This document shows positions 49,236-61,689 of a stretch of DNA of 61,689 nucleotides, piece by piece (position 1 is the first letter of the stretch; the number at the start of each line of letters is the position of its first letter). This DNA is from Vicugna vicugna. Lineage: Eukaryota. Made by a program: the position numbers and the translations under genes. The stretch covers positions 744,001-805,689 of the forward strand of contig MU057503.1 of NCBI GenBank assembly GCA_013265495.1. Reading direction: 5' to 3'. The notes beneath the pieces were generated by a model. That model was not told the origin of the DNA. It worked only from the letters and a program-made list of their open reading frames with translations, and ran no database searches.

Positions 49236-50635
49236 ATTTTCCGTCATTTCCCCATGCGTGCCCTCACATTTGTAAAAGTTGGGAAACCTAAGGGTAAATA
49301 GGTAAAAAAAAAAAAACTCACTAGGTGCAGCCGGTTTGCGATGACACCATTTGCAGGGTTGGAAACCCGTAGCTTCACGTGGGAGCTGCGTGCCAGAATC
49401 AGGCTCGCGGTGCCCTAACATGGGATGTTGTACCAGTTGAGACAGCCCATGCGTGTCTTCACAGTAACTACCACCAAGGGTATTATAATCCTCCTGTGGC
49501 CGGTAAATCATTTTTAAAGACACCGTCTTCAGGGAATAAGCATTACACTAAGGCATACGTTATCACGACAACAAAATACATGTTTAGCATCTGTCTTTTT
49601 TTTTTTAACCGTGAAAAACTTTGAACAATATGCACAACTTTCCCATCCTCAGATTTTTCCAAGTGACAAGATATGTGTGGATTAGGGAATAGGCAGAGAA
49701 CTGACTGACCTCTTGAATTAATCAAACGAGACGTGTGTGAGGGGGAACCAAGATGGCTGTCCTAGTTTTGTAAAGGGAGTCCACCGCCCAAAGAAGGCCA
49801 AAGTAAATGCGGAACAAAGCTTAATTTATACATTGTCGTTCTCCTGAAGAACTAAAGATGGCTGCATGATTAGATTCCTTGTCATCACGTATTCCTCTGA
49901 AAAATAGCTAGCTATTCATGTGCCTCTTCAGTCAGTGCACATTTTTGAATGCCCTTGTTGGGTCGAGTCACTGTTGACAGAAAAATAAAAGCACACCAAC
50001 CCTGACTCCTGGCCTGGAGAGCTGCCGACTAGTGGAAGGAAGAGATGACCAGGCAGGTGACTGTGCAGGGCACCATGTGGACGGGTGTGCTAAGGATAAA
50101 GGGGCCTGAACTGCACAGGGCGTTATTGGCTCATTTAAACCCATCCCTAGGGATGGGGACGCGAGTGTGTAAGGAGTGAGAAAGTGGTTCTGGAGGATGG
50201 AGCTCTTTTTCTGAGTGCTGCAGGGCGCACAAAGTTAGTCCCCCAAGGGAGTGGCACTGCGGTGGGAGGCTGCGGTCCATCCAGACACAGTCTGCAGAGG
50301 CAGCTTGAGCCAGGGGAAGGTGGGACACGGCCCAGTGGTGCTGGGTCGGGGCGGTGAGCTCTGAACAGTGAGGAACTCCTGGAGCTTGGCCTGGGAAAGA
50401 TGAGGCTGGAGCGGCAGCCAGGGGCCTGCTCGCCGGAGGCCTGGTATACCATGTAGACTGCAGCCAACGGGAGGCAGCAGTTCTACTTCTTTGGGGATGT
50501 GTAGTTTTTCACAAAGTTAAACTTACTTGATGGAAGATACTGACAATGTTTCTGAGACCACACTGGGTGCACATATGTGTGTAGTTTTAAATGAGCTTCT
50601 GTTTTATGAAAGGATTTTGGTGGAAGACTTTAAAA

Positions 50636-50820
50636 ATTTTTTTTATTGAAGTACAGTTGATGTACAGTGTTGTGTTAGCTTCTCACGTACAGCAAAGTGA
50701 TTCAGTTATGCATATACGTACGTATTCTTTTTCATTACAGGTTATTGCCAAGTATTGAATATCGTTCCCTGTGCTGTACAGTAGGACCCTGTTGTTTATC
50801 TGCTTTATATATAGTAGCTT
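50636..50820 (-). mobile_element. Truncated lineage-specific L1 3' end
   Basis: tttttattgaagtacagttgat...ttccctgtgctgtacagtaggaccctgttgtttatc. Confidence 0.85.
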
Positions 50821-50934
50821 GTAGAAGATGGGTTTTTTTTTTAAGTCGTCCTTCCTTAGCTAAATGTAAATTTGGCATCTTCGTGGAAGTTTCTAATATT
50901 TAAAAAAATTATCCTGCAAATTGAAGAGTCTGAG

Positions 50935-51200
50935 AACTTCTGCTACAGACAAGGGAGCCATTGAAGGGGTTTAGCCATGGGATTCCACAGCTGGATTGAC
51001 ATTTCGAACAGTTTCTTTAGCTGTGTGGAGAGTGAGTTTGAGGGAAATAAGACTGGAGGCAGGAAGACCACTTACGAGGTTAGCGCTCTAGTGTAGGTGA
51101 AAGATAATGAAGACCTGCCCTAGGGCTGGGGCAGCAGGGGTGATGGGGAGCAGGAGGCCGATTTAAAACAATGTTTATAGGCTACAGTCCACAGGACCTG
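50935..51200 (-). mobile_element. L2 fragment
   Basis: gggagccattgaaggggtttagcc...gctgtgtggagagtg...gactggaggcaggaagaccacttacgagg. Confidence 0.65.
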
Positions 51201-51649
51201 GTGATGGAAAACAGGAGTGCGGGAGAGGGCTGCGTATCCCCATTGCATCCCGTTCCACGTCACTGGGGCAGAGAGTCTCCTCGTGCCCATTGGTGGCTGA
51301 TGAGGTTTTTTTGCTCTCATTTATCTCAGTCCAGTACAACTGGCAGAAAGATGGAGGAAGACAGCGAAGTCACCTTCACAAGACCCGTTGCTTTCCAGGT
51401 CAAACCACTTTGGAGAAACCTCCACACGCATGAGCTTTCAGTTGGTTGTGAAGAGACATACTCTGTGAGAGGGGCCTGGAGCGAAAGACAGGGTGCAGGG
51501 CGGTGGCGAACAGCCAGGCAGAGGGGAAGGACGTTACGAAGGCCCAGCAGTGAGCCAGGACACATCTGTCCCGTGATCCCCGTGTGCGATGCTGGCCCTG
51601 GTTCTCCCACGATCCACGCAAGTGTTAACATCTTCTCCCTTCACCTCAC

Positions 51650-52197
51650 TGTGTTAATTGTGGTCTTTGTATTTTGTATGTTATGATGCTCTGACATCTT
51701 GGGGTCTTGCTAATGCTGGAGAGACTGCCCCTCCTGGGCTGGCTGACTCCTGCAGATGGAGTGAACAATCTGCCTGTGAGACTTTCGCACACAAGCCAGT
51801 CAATCCAAAGGCCGTATCACCAACCACCCCCTTCCTGTGACTGGCTCACACCCAGCCAATATTTCCCCTGCCCTAAATCACCTCAGGGCCGGGTTCCACC
51901 ACTGGAGACCACCCTACAGGCCAGAGCCCATTGAAAGGATTAAACCATCCAAACTTGCCTACCCTGCCTTGCCCATCCCTTCCTTCCTGCAGAAAGGACA
52001 GTGGTGGGCCGTGCTTTCCCGTCGCTCCTTCTGCCTCCTGACGTCAGTGGTGTTGGCCCACGTGGCCCTGCGCTGCCTGGCACGCCCCTCCTCTTGGGGC
52101 TGTGAGTAACCTGCCTGCTTTCTCAAAGGCAATTGTCTCTGTGTCTGTTACCTTCCAGCCCCTGATCAAAAACAAACCCTGGGTACATTTTAACACA
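51650..52197 (+). mobile_element. MER74A-like ERVL solo LTR, full length
   Basis: TG...CA ends with a perfect 5-bp TSD CTCAC (51645-51649 and 52198-52202). Contains gatgctctgacatcttggggtcttgct...gagactgcccctcc. Confidence 0.85.
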
Positions 52198-55100
52198 CTC
52201 ACATCATCTTCTACCCCCTCACCTCAGCTCCCACAAGAAACTGAGATGGGCAGACAGCTCCAGCCAGGAGTCAGAGCTCAGGCAGGTCTTGGTTGCAAGG
52301 GCAACCATAAACCTTTGGTTACCTTAGAGAAAGCTGGTTCTAACCATGTATCCGATTGTAAAATCACACTGCTTTTACTACCGAAGCACAGACCACACCC
52401 TAAAGGTTAGCAGAGTGCTTTCTGCAAAACGTTTTCTTCTGGGTAAACATGGTGAATTAGTTGAAGAATTAGAATTCAGGTTTCAGGGCATTTGTCTCAG
52501 CCATGCATTCCACTCAGCAGAAAGTAACACTGCCGATGGACACACTGAGACCCTCTGACTGGGAGCTGGCCAAAACTGCGGCAGAAGCCCCCAGAGAGGA
52601 AAGACGCTGGGAAAAGTTTCGTTGAATGATAATAAAACAATACAAAGCCACCCCCCCCAAGTTCTGATTCTGCTTGACCCTGTCAGAAAAGTGTGCTTGA
52701 AACGTGGAGAGCAGTCGGAAGTGGACTTGAAGTTTGGAAGGCTGTGTCACAGCAAGAAACTAGCTTTGGTAGGAACACAGCGGGGAAATCAGATGGAGCG
52801 CGAAAGATACCAAAGACGAGATGGCGCAAACACCTTGTGCTTAAGCGAATGGCCTGTCTGAACCCAACAGCCTGCAGTTAAAGTCAAACATTAAATAATC
52901 ATCGCCAATGGCTTGCATTTAAGGAGCAGGAGGCAGAATTGTGTCAGTCTTTCTGAAATGACTCCATCTAATCATCTTAAAAGGATGAATGCTTCCATGA
53001 GGCAACAGGAGATGAGTGCCTTTCAGTCACATTAACTGTCAGTAAGCAAATAGTGGGCTTAGAGGAAGTCAGCTGATAAAACCTCATAGAACAATACATT
53101 CATCGGGGATGTACGGAGCACCTGTGTGCTGCGGAAGGTTCCAGGCTGTGGGCGCAGTCCGCACGCTTGGTGTCTGTGCAGCATCACTTCCCTTTCTTCC
53201 GTCCTTCTAATGGTACCACTTTTGCTCCGGGAGACCACTGTTCTTTCTGTTGTGAAGCAGCCCTGCAGTTTTTGTTTTGTTTTGTTTTGTTTTGTAGCCC
53301 TGCAGTTTTGGTGCAATGGACGCCCCGCTCCAGCTGCCTATCGCTGGCAGGGTCGCCTCATCTTCTGCGCCACAAGGGACTGGCTGAGAGGCCCCCAGGT
53401 GTAAGCCAGTCAGTGCGTGGTTTCCATCCTGGCCGGGGTGCGGTCCAGTCTGTGTGAACCTCAGCACTTCTGTCCCGAGCGACAGTTTGCTGGACAGCTG
53501 TGAGGTCTGTCCCTCGGGCAGAGCGCAGGCAAAGCAGGAGTGGGACTCCAGCTGAGAGATGACATGTGTCTGTCTGAAGGGGACCAGATTTGTATTTTAT
53601 GATTTGGTCCTTCCATCATTTTCCCTATATAAGTAACCATCTGAATGTTCCATCTGTTTAAAAACCGTATGTTTCATTCATTCTCTCTTTAGCACTTCTT
53701 CCTGATGGCCAGCTATCTGTTCTTAAACACACACCTTGTGAATTCCGCTCATGTCTCACGGGCCACCTGCTTCCTCAGCATCTTTGTTTAGCACGTCTTA
53801 CAAGTGTTAGCCACCCTGCCTGTTTTCCCTTGCCTGCTCCGGTAGAACTGAGTACTCTCCATCAGTGTCAAACACACAGTGCAGAATACAGGCTTTGCCT
53901 GCCTCCCACAGAGAGCATGTCACCATTCTCACCATCACCTACATTTCAGTGGGGGAACTGAGTGAAACAAACAAAAAATGTGGTTTGTATCCTTCGGCAT
54001 CTTAGAAATGAAGACCACGACTGCTGCTGCCGCCGCCGTCTCTTATTGAGTGTTTGCTCTCAGCTAAATGTGTGATGTATGTATTAGCCCGTCCAGTCCT
54101 CACAGTGACCCCACTGGGGAGGCGTTATTAATCAGGTCTATGGGTGAGGCGTCTGAGGCTTGGAGAAGGAAGGTGACGTGTCAGGGTCAAGTCCTTCCTC
54201 TGGTCCCGGGACTGGGCTCTTCCCTGTCAGAGCCCCTGAGGGCCCCCAGGCTTCCTGCTTCCCAGGGCCCCCCTCCCAGTCCCTGCCCCTGCATCTCAGG
54301 GCTGTGCTCCTACAGGGACCTCCTGGATGCCTTTTCCTTCATGTGCTCATTTCACATAATGAGGTGGCATTAAAATTCAGGTAACATCAGAAGCAAATTA
54401 AAGAGAATTCCTAATTTCAAAATAAACCGAAGAGCCGCATGGTTCATTTTGTCACATAGTAGCTGTCAGTGGGTATGAGAGCAGTGTGTCAGAAGGAATG
54501 GCCAAATTGTTAAGTTAGTGAAGAAAACAAATGTAGCGGGGGAGAGGCGGCGTCTGTTCATGGAGGACAGCACTCGTGTGATGAGCAGCAGCTGCAGCTT
54601 TCTGAGTATTATTATGAGACACAGCACGTATGTTATTTCACATCCACATAAGCACTCTGACAGGTGGCTCTCCCGAGAGGAAATCACGCAGCTCGGAGGC
54701 GGCGGGCTGGGTTTGGCTCCCAGGTTGTCCCTGCTCTTCCTCGCTGCACAAGAGGGCACACGTGGAAGAAAGAATGTGCTGGGTACAGGGAAGGCAGAGG
54801 TCCGCAGGGCATGTGTATGTTGGATTTGTTTGTTCCAGAGAGGAGCAAATGGACGCCTTTGAAAATGGAATAAATGAAATCAAAATTATGCATCTTCTAC
54901 TAGGAAGGAAAATGCTTTCAGATAAATTAAAAGGATGCAATCTTTGTTTACCTGAATTTATCCAGGTTCAGTATAGTACATCTTATATACCCTGAAATGT
55001 TTAAAATGCCTTTGTGGGGGTCAGTGAGGGGCCACTTACAAGGTCATTGGCTGGATTTATTAAACTTAAAGACAAAGGTCTCAAGTCAGAGTATTGTTTG

Positions 55101-56097
55101 CTAAATATTCTGAGCTTTCTCACCATGGTCCAAAGAGACAAAAACTGTTAAGTGTATACGTCCTTATGTGTTTATAAATACAGATCTTAATTTCTTTGCA
55201 TTCATGGATGTCACATTTTGTAAAACGTAGCTTAAATAATAGTTAAAATGTCAGAAAATATGACTAGACTGGGAGGGAGAAATATTTCATCCGATGGGCC
55301 TGTTGTCAATCATTTCAGATTTCTAACTACTCAAACTGAATCCTCTGGGATTTCTCTTCAGTTTTTCCTTTCTTGCCTTGGATTACATCCCCCTCCCCTC
55401 ACCCCACCAACTGTGATATCTTGGTTTAACTTCTGATGGCTGGGAGACTTGTTCTAACTGGTGTCTTCCTATGGCAGTCGTTTCTGAGACGCTTAAATTA
55501 AATAAAAACATATCTGACAGTTTCTAAATCTAGACACATTCTGCTGCATGCTTCCACAGGTCACAAAGTTAGTCACCAGCAAAATGGAATTATAACTGTG
55601 GCAGGGGTGTGTAGGAGAGCTATCATGAACTTGTCTCCACGGAAAACTAGTTCTGCATCTAATTTCTGTCACAGAAAATGTCCCAAGCACTGCTCTAAAG
55701 CCAAATCATCATCTTAGGCAGCCGCCTGTAATTAGCTTGCATAATTGGTCAATGTATTTAGTTACCTGAGAGTACATTTTGCAGCTAAATTATGTTGAAA
55801 AATCTCATCAGGAAGTTACATTGGTTAAAATTTGACATTTCAAGCATACATTACTGTGTTTTAAGGGCTGTAGTGAGAAACTGACACTTTCAAAACTTCA
55901 CACTAAAGGAATTATTTTTGAGCTCTGATAGTTGAATTGTGGGAGCGAGCAGCACCAGCACCACTTTCTGGAGAAAGCTGGGCCCTGCGCGCGGGGACTC
56001 TTCGTGGCTCTCCGTCAAGGGCACGAGTCCCGGTGAGGCGTTCTGCTTTGCCTAGGACAACACCTTTGTTATCTTTTTTACAGCTGCTCGTTAAATC

Positions 56098-56550
56098 TTT
56101 TTTTTTAAATTGACATAAAGTCAGTTTACAATGTTGTGTCCATTTCTGGTGTACAGCATAATAGTTCAGTCATACATATACATACACATATTTGTTCTCA
56201 TGTTCTTTTTCACTATAGGTTACCACAAGCTATCGGATATAGTTCCCAGGCTATACAGTAGGACCTTGTTGTTTATCTGTTTTGTATATAGTAGTTAGTG
56301 TCTGCAAACCTCGAGCTCCCAACCTCTCCCTTCCCACCGCCTTCCCCCATTGGTAACTATGAGTTTGTTGTCTATGCCTGTGAGTCTGTTTCTGTTTTGT
56401 AAATAAGTTCATTTGTCTTTATTTTAGATTATGATACAGGTGATATCATATGATATTTTTCTTTTTCTGGCTTACTTCACCTCGAATGATGATCCCAGGT
56501 CCATCCCGGTTGCTGCCAGTGGCATTAGTTTATTCTTTTTTATGGCTGAA
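56098..56550 (-). mobile_element. Truncated lineage-specific L1 3' end
   Basis: PolyT followed by aaattgacataaagtcagtttacaatgttgtgtc. Approximate TSD tcgttaaatctt/tcatgaaatctt. Confidence 0.85.
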
Positions 56551-57539
56551 TCATGAAATCTTATTGAACATTTCTTGCCAAGAGTAATGACTGCAAACTC
56601 CTGATGACCTACTCTAAGGGTGTCATGACACCACGTGCCCATTGACTCCCCGAGGGTTCTGAATGTGATGCTGAGTCAAGCCAGAGGGACCACGTGGTGC
56701 TGGCCCGTGCAGGACTGTGCTCTCTTAGGCGCTGTGCTCTTGCAGCTCGTTGGGCTGTTATACTGCATGGGCTGGCCACTGCTGAATGTATAACTTACTA
56801 GCAAGGCTCCGTCTCTCCATCTTGTGTAAACCCTATTTTGCCACGCTGGCTTTGATGCCATTAGCAGAAACCAGGGGGTCTTGCCTACGATCTCAGTCGG
56901 GGTGGCTACCTGCTGACTGGGACGCCTCTCTGGCTGTAGTGTACAATGGAGGGGGGCTGGTGACTGTGGGATGTTTGTGGAACAGTGGTCCATCACTTTC
57001 TGAGTACCCACTCCTAGGTCTTCCCTCCTGGTTGTCGCCTGGGTTTCTGAATATCTCCTCTCACGCTCCTGCTCGTGGTCTCCTTCCACAGTCCTCATTG
57101 CTCAGGGCTGCCGTCCTCTCCCACAGAACAGCAGTCTTCCACTTACGGTAACGGAATCCTGGCCCCAGCTTCTTCTTCTTTCTCAGGTTACTCATGGCTC
57201 TTAACAGTGTCTTATTCACTCTCAACTGCGACTGACTTCTGCAGAGGGAAGGCTGAGCACCGTCACAGGGCAGGAGAGGGGGAGGAAGTGGTGGAGGCTC
57301 CAACTCCATTCAGAGTAACTACAGTCAGACACATTTCACCATCAATCTCAGACACTCGTTATGTGTAGGTGCAGCTGCAGTATTCACTTCAACTTGAGCT
57401 GAACCAAGCCCTGTTCAGTCTAGATTCAATTCCAGTCCAAGGCAAAGATTAGGCTTTCATACCTTTCTTTATATCCCAAATCTCAGCTCTACATCTCTTG
57501 AAACCAGTTGTTCAATTGCCCTAGGAATTTCTCCAAGAA

Positions 57540-59330
57540 GACTGCCATAAAGAAAACTGTAAAACTTTGCTTAGGGATATAAACAAGAAACTGAATAAAT
57601 GGAGAGACGTATCGTGTTTATGGGAAGGAAGACAATAGCATAAAGATGCCGGTTCTCCCCAGCTTGAATTATAGATTCACACAAGTGCAGTCAAAATCAT
57701 GGAAACTGCTGTTTTCACAATTTATATGGAAGACAAAAGCGTGAAAAATGGCCCAGATATTTCTGAAGTACCAGGTATAAGAACTCAGTGTGAAGCTATA
57801 ATTAAGACAGTGAGATAGCAGCACGGGTTTGGACACAGGGTAGATATTTACATAGGATTAAACTACCCCCAAATGCTAATTAATTAGGTGCTAATTAATA
57901 AGCTCAAAATACTTTTTACATAGCTTCATGGTAGAGAAAGTAGGCAGACACCAAATTATCCAGTTAATAAAAGCGAATTCACCAGTAATGAGATAAATCA
58001 GCCTCATGCATCTCCATAAAGAATGTTCTGGGGTATGAATCACTTCTGCGGTATTCTGGGCAAGAATGCATGATCTAAAGGTATTTGTGAGGAAACCCCA
58101 AAACAAGGGACTTCCTACAAAGGAACTGGCCTGTATTTTTCAAAAGTGTCAAGGTCATGCAAGACAGAAGGTGAAGGAACGCTTCCAGATTGGAGACTCA
58201 TGAGACACAACAGTGACAGCACCATGTGGTCTTGGATTACACCCAGGAACCCAGGACCAGGGAAGAAACTGTTGGGACAGTCTGCAAAATGTGAACGGAG
58301 CGTGCAGCAGTAATATGCCAGCGCTGCTCCCTTGATTTCGATGATTGTATTTGGCTACATAGGAGACTGTCTTTGTTTTTAGGAAATACACGCTACAGTA
58401 TTGGTGAATAATGGAGTGTCATGTCTAAGCTTGCTCTCTGAAATGGTTCAGAGAAAAACATCACACACACATGCAGGAAGAGAGGGTGGAGACGAGAATG
58501 GGGACAGATGAGGTACGCCATAGAGTGTTACAGCTGTGGGATGGGTGAAGGGGATACATAAACACACTTTGTATTGTCCTTTCATCTTTCCTGTAAGATT
58601 AAATTGCTTTAGAAAGAGTTAAAAGAGTCCACCGGGAACTGCTACAAATAAAAAGAAAAGCATAAATGACACAACTTACGAATTGTGGGGGGCGGACACT
58701 GGCAAACATTTCACACAGGAGGATGGACTTCTGGCCAGGAAAGCTGTGATGGCATATTTGACGTCATTCACGGTGCTGGTCAAGACCACAATGAGGCACT
58801 GTTTTGTATCCATTGATGCAACTGCCCAAAATTGAAAAATCTGAAAATACCAAGTGTTAGGATTTCGTTTTAAATGATCCATAATAAATTTCTGGAGGGA
58901 GTGTAATTCGTTGCTGTCACTCTAAAACAACAGCTTGTTATTATCTCAGAATGTTGAACATTTGCGTAGTTCATGATACAGGAGTTCCACTGTAGGAATA
59001 TAGCTAAGCAAATCTCTAACAGATGCATCTGGGGACGTGGGCCGCTGATGACAGAAGTACTATTTACAATAGAAAAAACCTGGAAATGCCTGTCAGTGGA
59101 AGAGTGGGTAAATGAACTATGTCCACTTGCACTGTGAAGAATTTTAACAATATAATATGAAATGAAAAATGAAGCCATCCCTCTGCCACATATAGCATGA
59201 TGTCGTTTTTGCAAAGTGAAAATAACAAAAAATTTGTAAATGATGGATATAGCAGATTCGTAAACCTGTATAAAAAGAATGCAGGGGGACAGTGAATACA
59301 CAGGATGTGTTTTTGTTGCCTTAGAGAACA
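57540..59330 (+). mobile_element. Old L1 composite: ORF2 pieces with an L1MC4/5-like 3'UTR at about 57950-58625
   Basis: ctgaataaatggagagacgtatcgtgtttatgg; aactggcctgtatttttcaaaagtgtcaaggtcatg; tttgtttttaggaaatacac; aaaatctgaaaataccaagtgtt. Confidence 0.75.
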
Positions 59331-60329
59331 CACTGTCTTAAAGGTGAATTTATGTTTTTTCCCTACAGAAAAAAAAGTTGGTAACTTTTAATTAAAAGGC
59401 TTTTTTGTTTTGGCTTTTATTCATCAAGTTTCCAAAGTCTTACCGTTCAGCCTTATCCAGGATACCTATTACACAGATACCTGTATTTTACTGTAGGGAA
59501 CAAAATAAGAAATGTTATGCTTATACACTAAAATATAAGCTTCATCAAGACAGACGTTTTTGTCTTTACTGTTGAACTTAATACTATTACATTTTTGTGT
59601 TTGCTATTACTATAATACTATTACTGTTATAGTAGTTTATTATGATTATCTATATACCCTATTCAAGTGTCTATAGAAGACAGTCAATCAATCAATTTAC
59701 TAATGAATAATTATACTGAATGAACGAAAACCTCTATTGGCCATTGTTAAAGGGTAATGTTGCAGTAACATAAACTGTCCAGTGGGTGGAGCCTATGTTG
59801 CATTTTGATGGCGGCGTAGGGCAAAAAAGCAGGAATTGAAATATTGTTTGATGAATGCTTTAATGTATTTGGGTGAATTTTAGATGGTTCCGCAGAAACT
59901 CTTAATAACTTTAGATTTTCTCTGAAGTATATTAATTGGTACCAACTTCAGCCTTTTTAGTTTGGAATTTATTTGTGTTTGATTAACAACTTTCTAATAG
60001 AAATTTTAAATCATTTGGTTCTTGGATTAGTATCAAGTGAAAAGTTCGACTTCTCTAGGAAGTTCAACTTGATTGTTAAATTTATTGCATTTATTTCTGG
60101 GTTAAAAAAACTAAGGCTGTTAAAGAATGAGAAAAATCTGTTTGAAAGAAAATGAGAGGTCAAATGGTGTTTAAAGAATGTAATATGAATGTTGACTACG
60201 CTGACATGTTCTAAAGGAAAGCAGAATCAAAGAAGTTTTCCCTATTGCTTAGTTAAAAGGCCCAGGAAGTGTATTTGCTTTAAATTATTAGATTATTAAA
60301 ATGCAGCATATTTGAATTAAATTATTAGA

Positions 60330-60900
60330 TTTTTCTTTTTTATTGAAGTATAGTTGATTTACAATGTTAGTTTCAGGTGTACGGCAGAGTGATTCAGCAT
60401 TTTAACAGATTACACTATATTAAAAGTCATTACAAGATAACCTTTGATGAAAAAGAATATGAAAATGAATATATGGAATATATGTTTGTATATGCATGAC
60501 TGGGACAGTGTGCTGTACACCAGAAATTGACACATTGTAACTCACTATACTTCAATTAAAAAAAGATGAAAAAAAAAGTCACTACAAAATAATGGCCATC
60601 ATTCCCTGTGCTGTACAATATATCCTTGTTGCTTATTTATCTTATACATAGTAGTCTGTACCTCGTAATCCTCTACTCCTTTCTTGCCCCCCTTCCCTAT
60701 CCCCACTGGTAATGACTAGTTTATTTTCTATATCTGAGTCTGTTTCTGCTTTGCTGTATACATTCATTTGTATTATTTTTTTAGATTCTGCACATAAGTG
60801 ATAAAATACATATTCATCTTTCTCTTGGCTTATTTCCCTAAGCATAATATTCTCTAGGTCCATCCATGTTATTGCAAATGGCAGAATTTCTTTGCTTTTA
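60330..60900 (-). mobile_element. Cetartiodactyl-type L1 3' end, host to a nested insertion
   Basis: tttttattgaagtatagttgatttacaatgttagtttcaggtgta...ctctaggtccatccatgttattgcaaatggcagaatttc. Confidence 0.85.
60441..60573 (+). mobile_element. Short younger L1 3' end nested in the opposite orientation
   Basis: 19-bp TSD aaaagtcattacaagataa (60422-60440) / aaaagtcactacaaaataa (60574-60592), with an A-rich tail. Confidence 0.88.
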
Positions 60901-60989
60901 AAGTCTTCTTTCTTGAGTCTGTTCCTGGATGCTCGTATGACCTCGTACGTCTGCTAACCAGGCCCATTCCTCTCCTCTTTCCACTTGGG

Positions 60990-61640
60990 GACCTTCCCTG
61001 TGCTCCCGGAACTCAAGAGCTGTCATCTGCAAAATATGTATGTCATTCCTTCTATGTTTTTGCTCAGTGGAAACCTCGCTCTTGCGTGAGGACCTTGCCT
61101 CCTGACCCTCTCTCTCATGATGCTCTCCCTCTGCACTCTCCTTACCCCTGCTCTGGATGGGCAGGAGGGGCCTGCCAGCTCCTCTGTGCCATCCCTGGAC
61201 ATGCTCCCTTCCAGCTCCTGAAAATACAGCTTTGAAGTCCTTGCCATCAGACCATTCCACAACCTCTGCTTACTGTAGTCATGTACTTCCGGTCCCTCCT
61301 CCTCCTCTCTTTAATATTTTTAGCTCCTGGCTCATTGCCATTTTCTTCTTAAAATTCCTGTGACAATTTTTGGTTATTTCAGTATGCAGATACATGATCT
61401 TTTCAATGCCCTGTGCTCTTAGTTCGTTAACCTCCTTTTCTCCAGGGATCTTGTACTTTTCCTCACCTCATTCCCTCCCACGGTCATACCCTTACCCTTG
61501 CGTTTAAAACCAAAAGCTACTTGCCTACCTTAATCTCAGTTTCTGGCACCCACTTTCCAACCACCACATCCTGGTTTTCTAGCTCACTCTCTCTGATGCC
61601 CTGTCCCCACCAGACCTTCAGCCTTCAGTCAGTTGACTGG
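60990..61640 (+). mobile_element. L2 internal fragment
   Basis: Pyrimidine-rich decayed L2-like sequence, e.g. cacggtcatacccttaccc and ccaccacatcctggttttctagctcact. Confidence 0.5.
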
Positions 61641-61647
61641 CCACGTT

Positions 61648-61689
61648 TTCTTCTTCTTCTTCTTCTTCTTCTTCTTCTTCTTCTTCTTC
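61648..61689. repeat. (TTC)n trinucleotide repeat running off the window end
   Basis: 14 perfect TTC units up to the last base. Confidence 0.97.

Noticed and set aside
51171..51686. Longest ORF in the window (171 aa)
   Set aside because: It starts in an L2 and ends in a MER74-like LTR, with no recognisable protein features. Such a length is expected by chance in GC-richer DNA.
59359..59500. 10-bp inverted repeat ttccctacag / ctgtagggaa
   Set aside because: Too short for its ~120-bp spacing, with no TSD or MITE body; compatible with chance.

Overview
This is 61.7 kb of eutherian mammal non-coding DNA, either intergenic or deep intronic. It is most likely from a camelid or related cetartiodactyl: the young L1 3' ends are cetartiodactyl-type, and I see no Alu, B1/B2, Bov-tA/BovB, PRE-1 or CHR SINEs. 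I can support no protein-coding gene or RNA gene. The ORF track is explained by decayed L1 ORF2 pieces, antisense reads of repeats and chance ORFs. Much of the window is a fossil record of transposons: L1s of several ages, L2, MIR, MaLR/ERVL/ERV1 solo LTRs (several with readable TSDs), and Tigger, hAT and mariner MITEs. Repeat family names come from remembered consensus sequences and need Dfam/RepeatMasker confirmation; boundaries of old elements are approximate. I found no convincing new biological system. The most notable observations are: a 171-bp templated insertion with AT-rich filler copied from 2.4 kb away; an inverted pair of same-family LTRs; an L1 whose 5'UTR is fused directly to the ORF2 end; an orphan L1-like 5'UTR beside a dense transcription-factor motif cluster; a palindrome/E-box/MARE motif cluster at 56.6 kb; a TTTGGG G-quadruplex repeat; and a few well-formed but unverified exon candidates.
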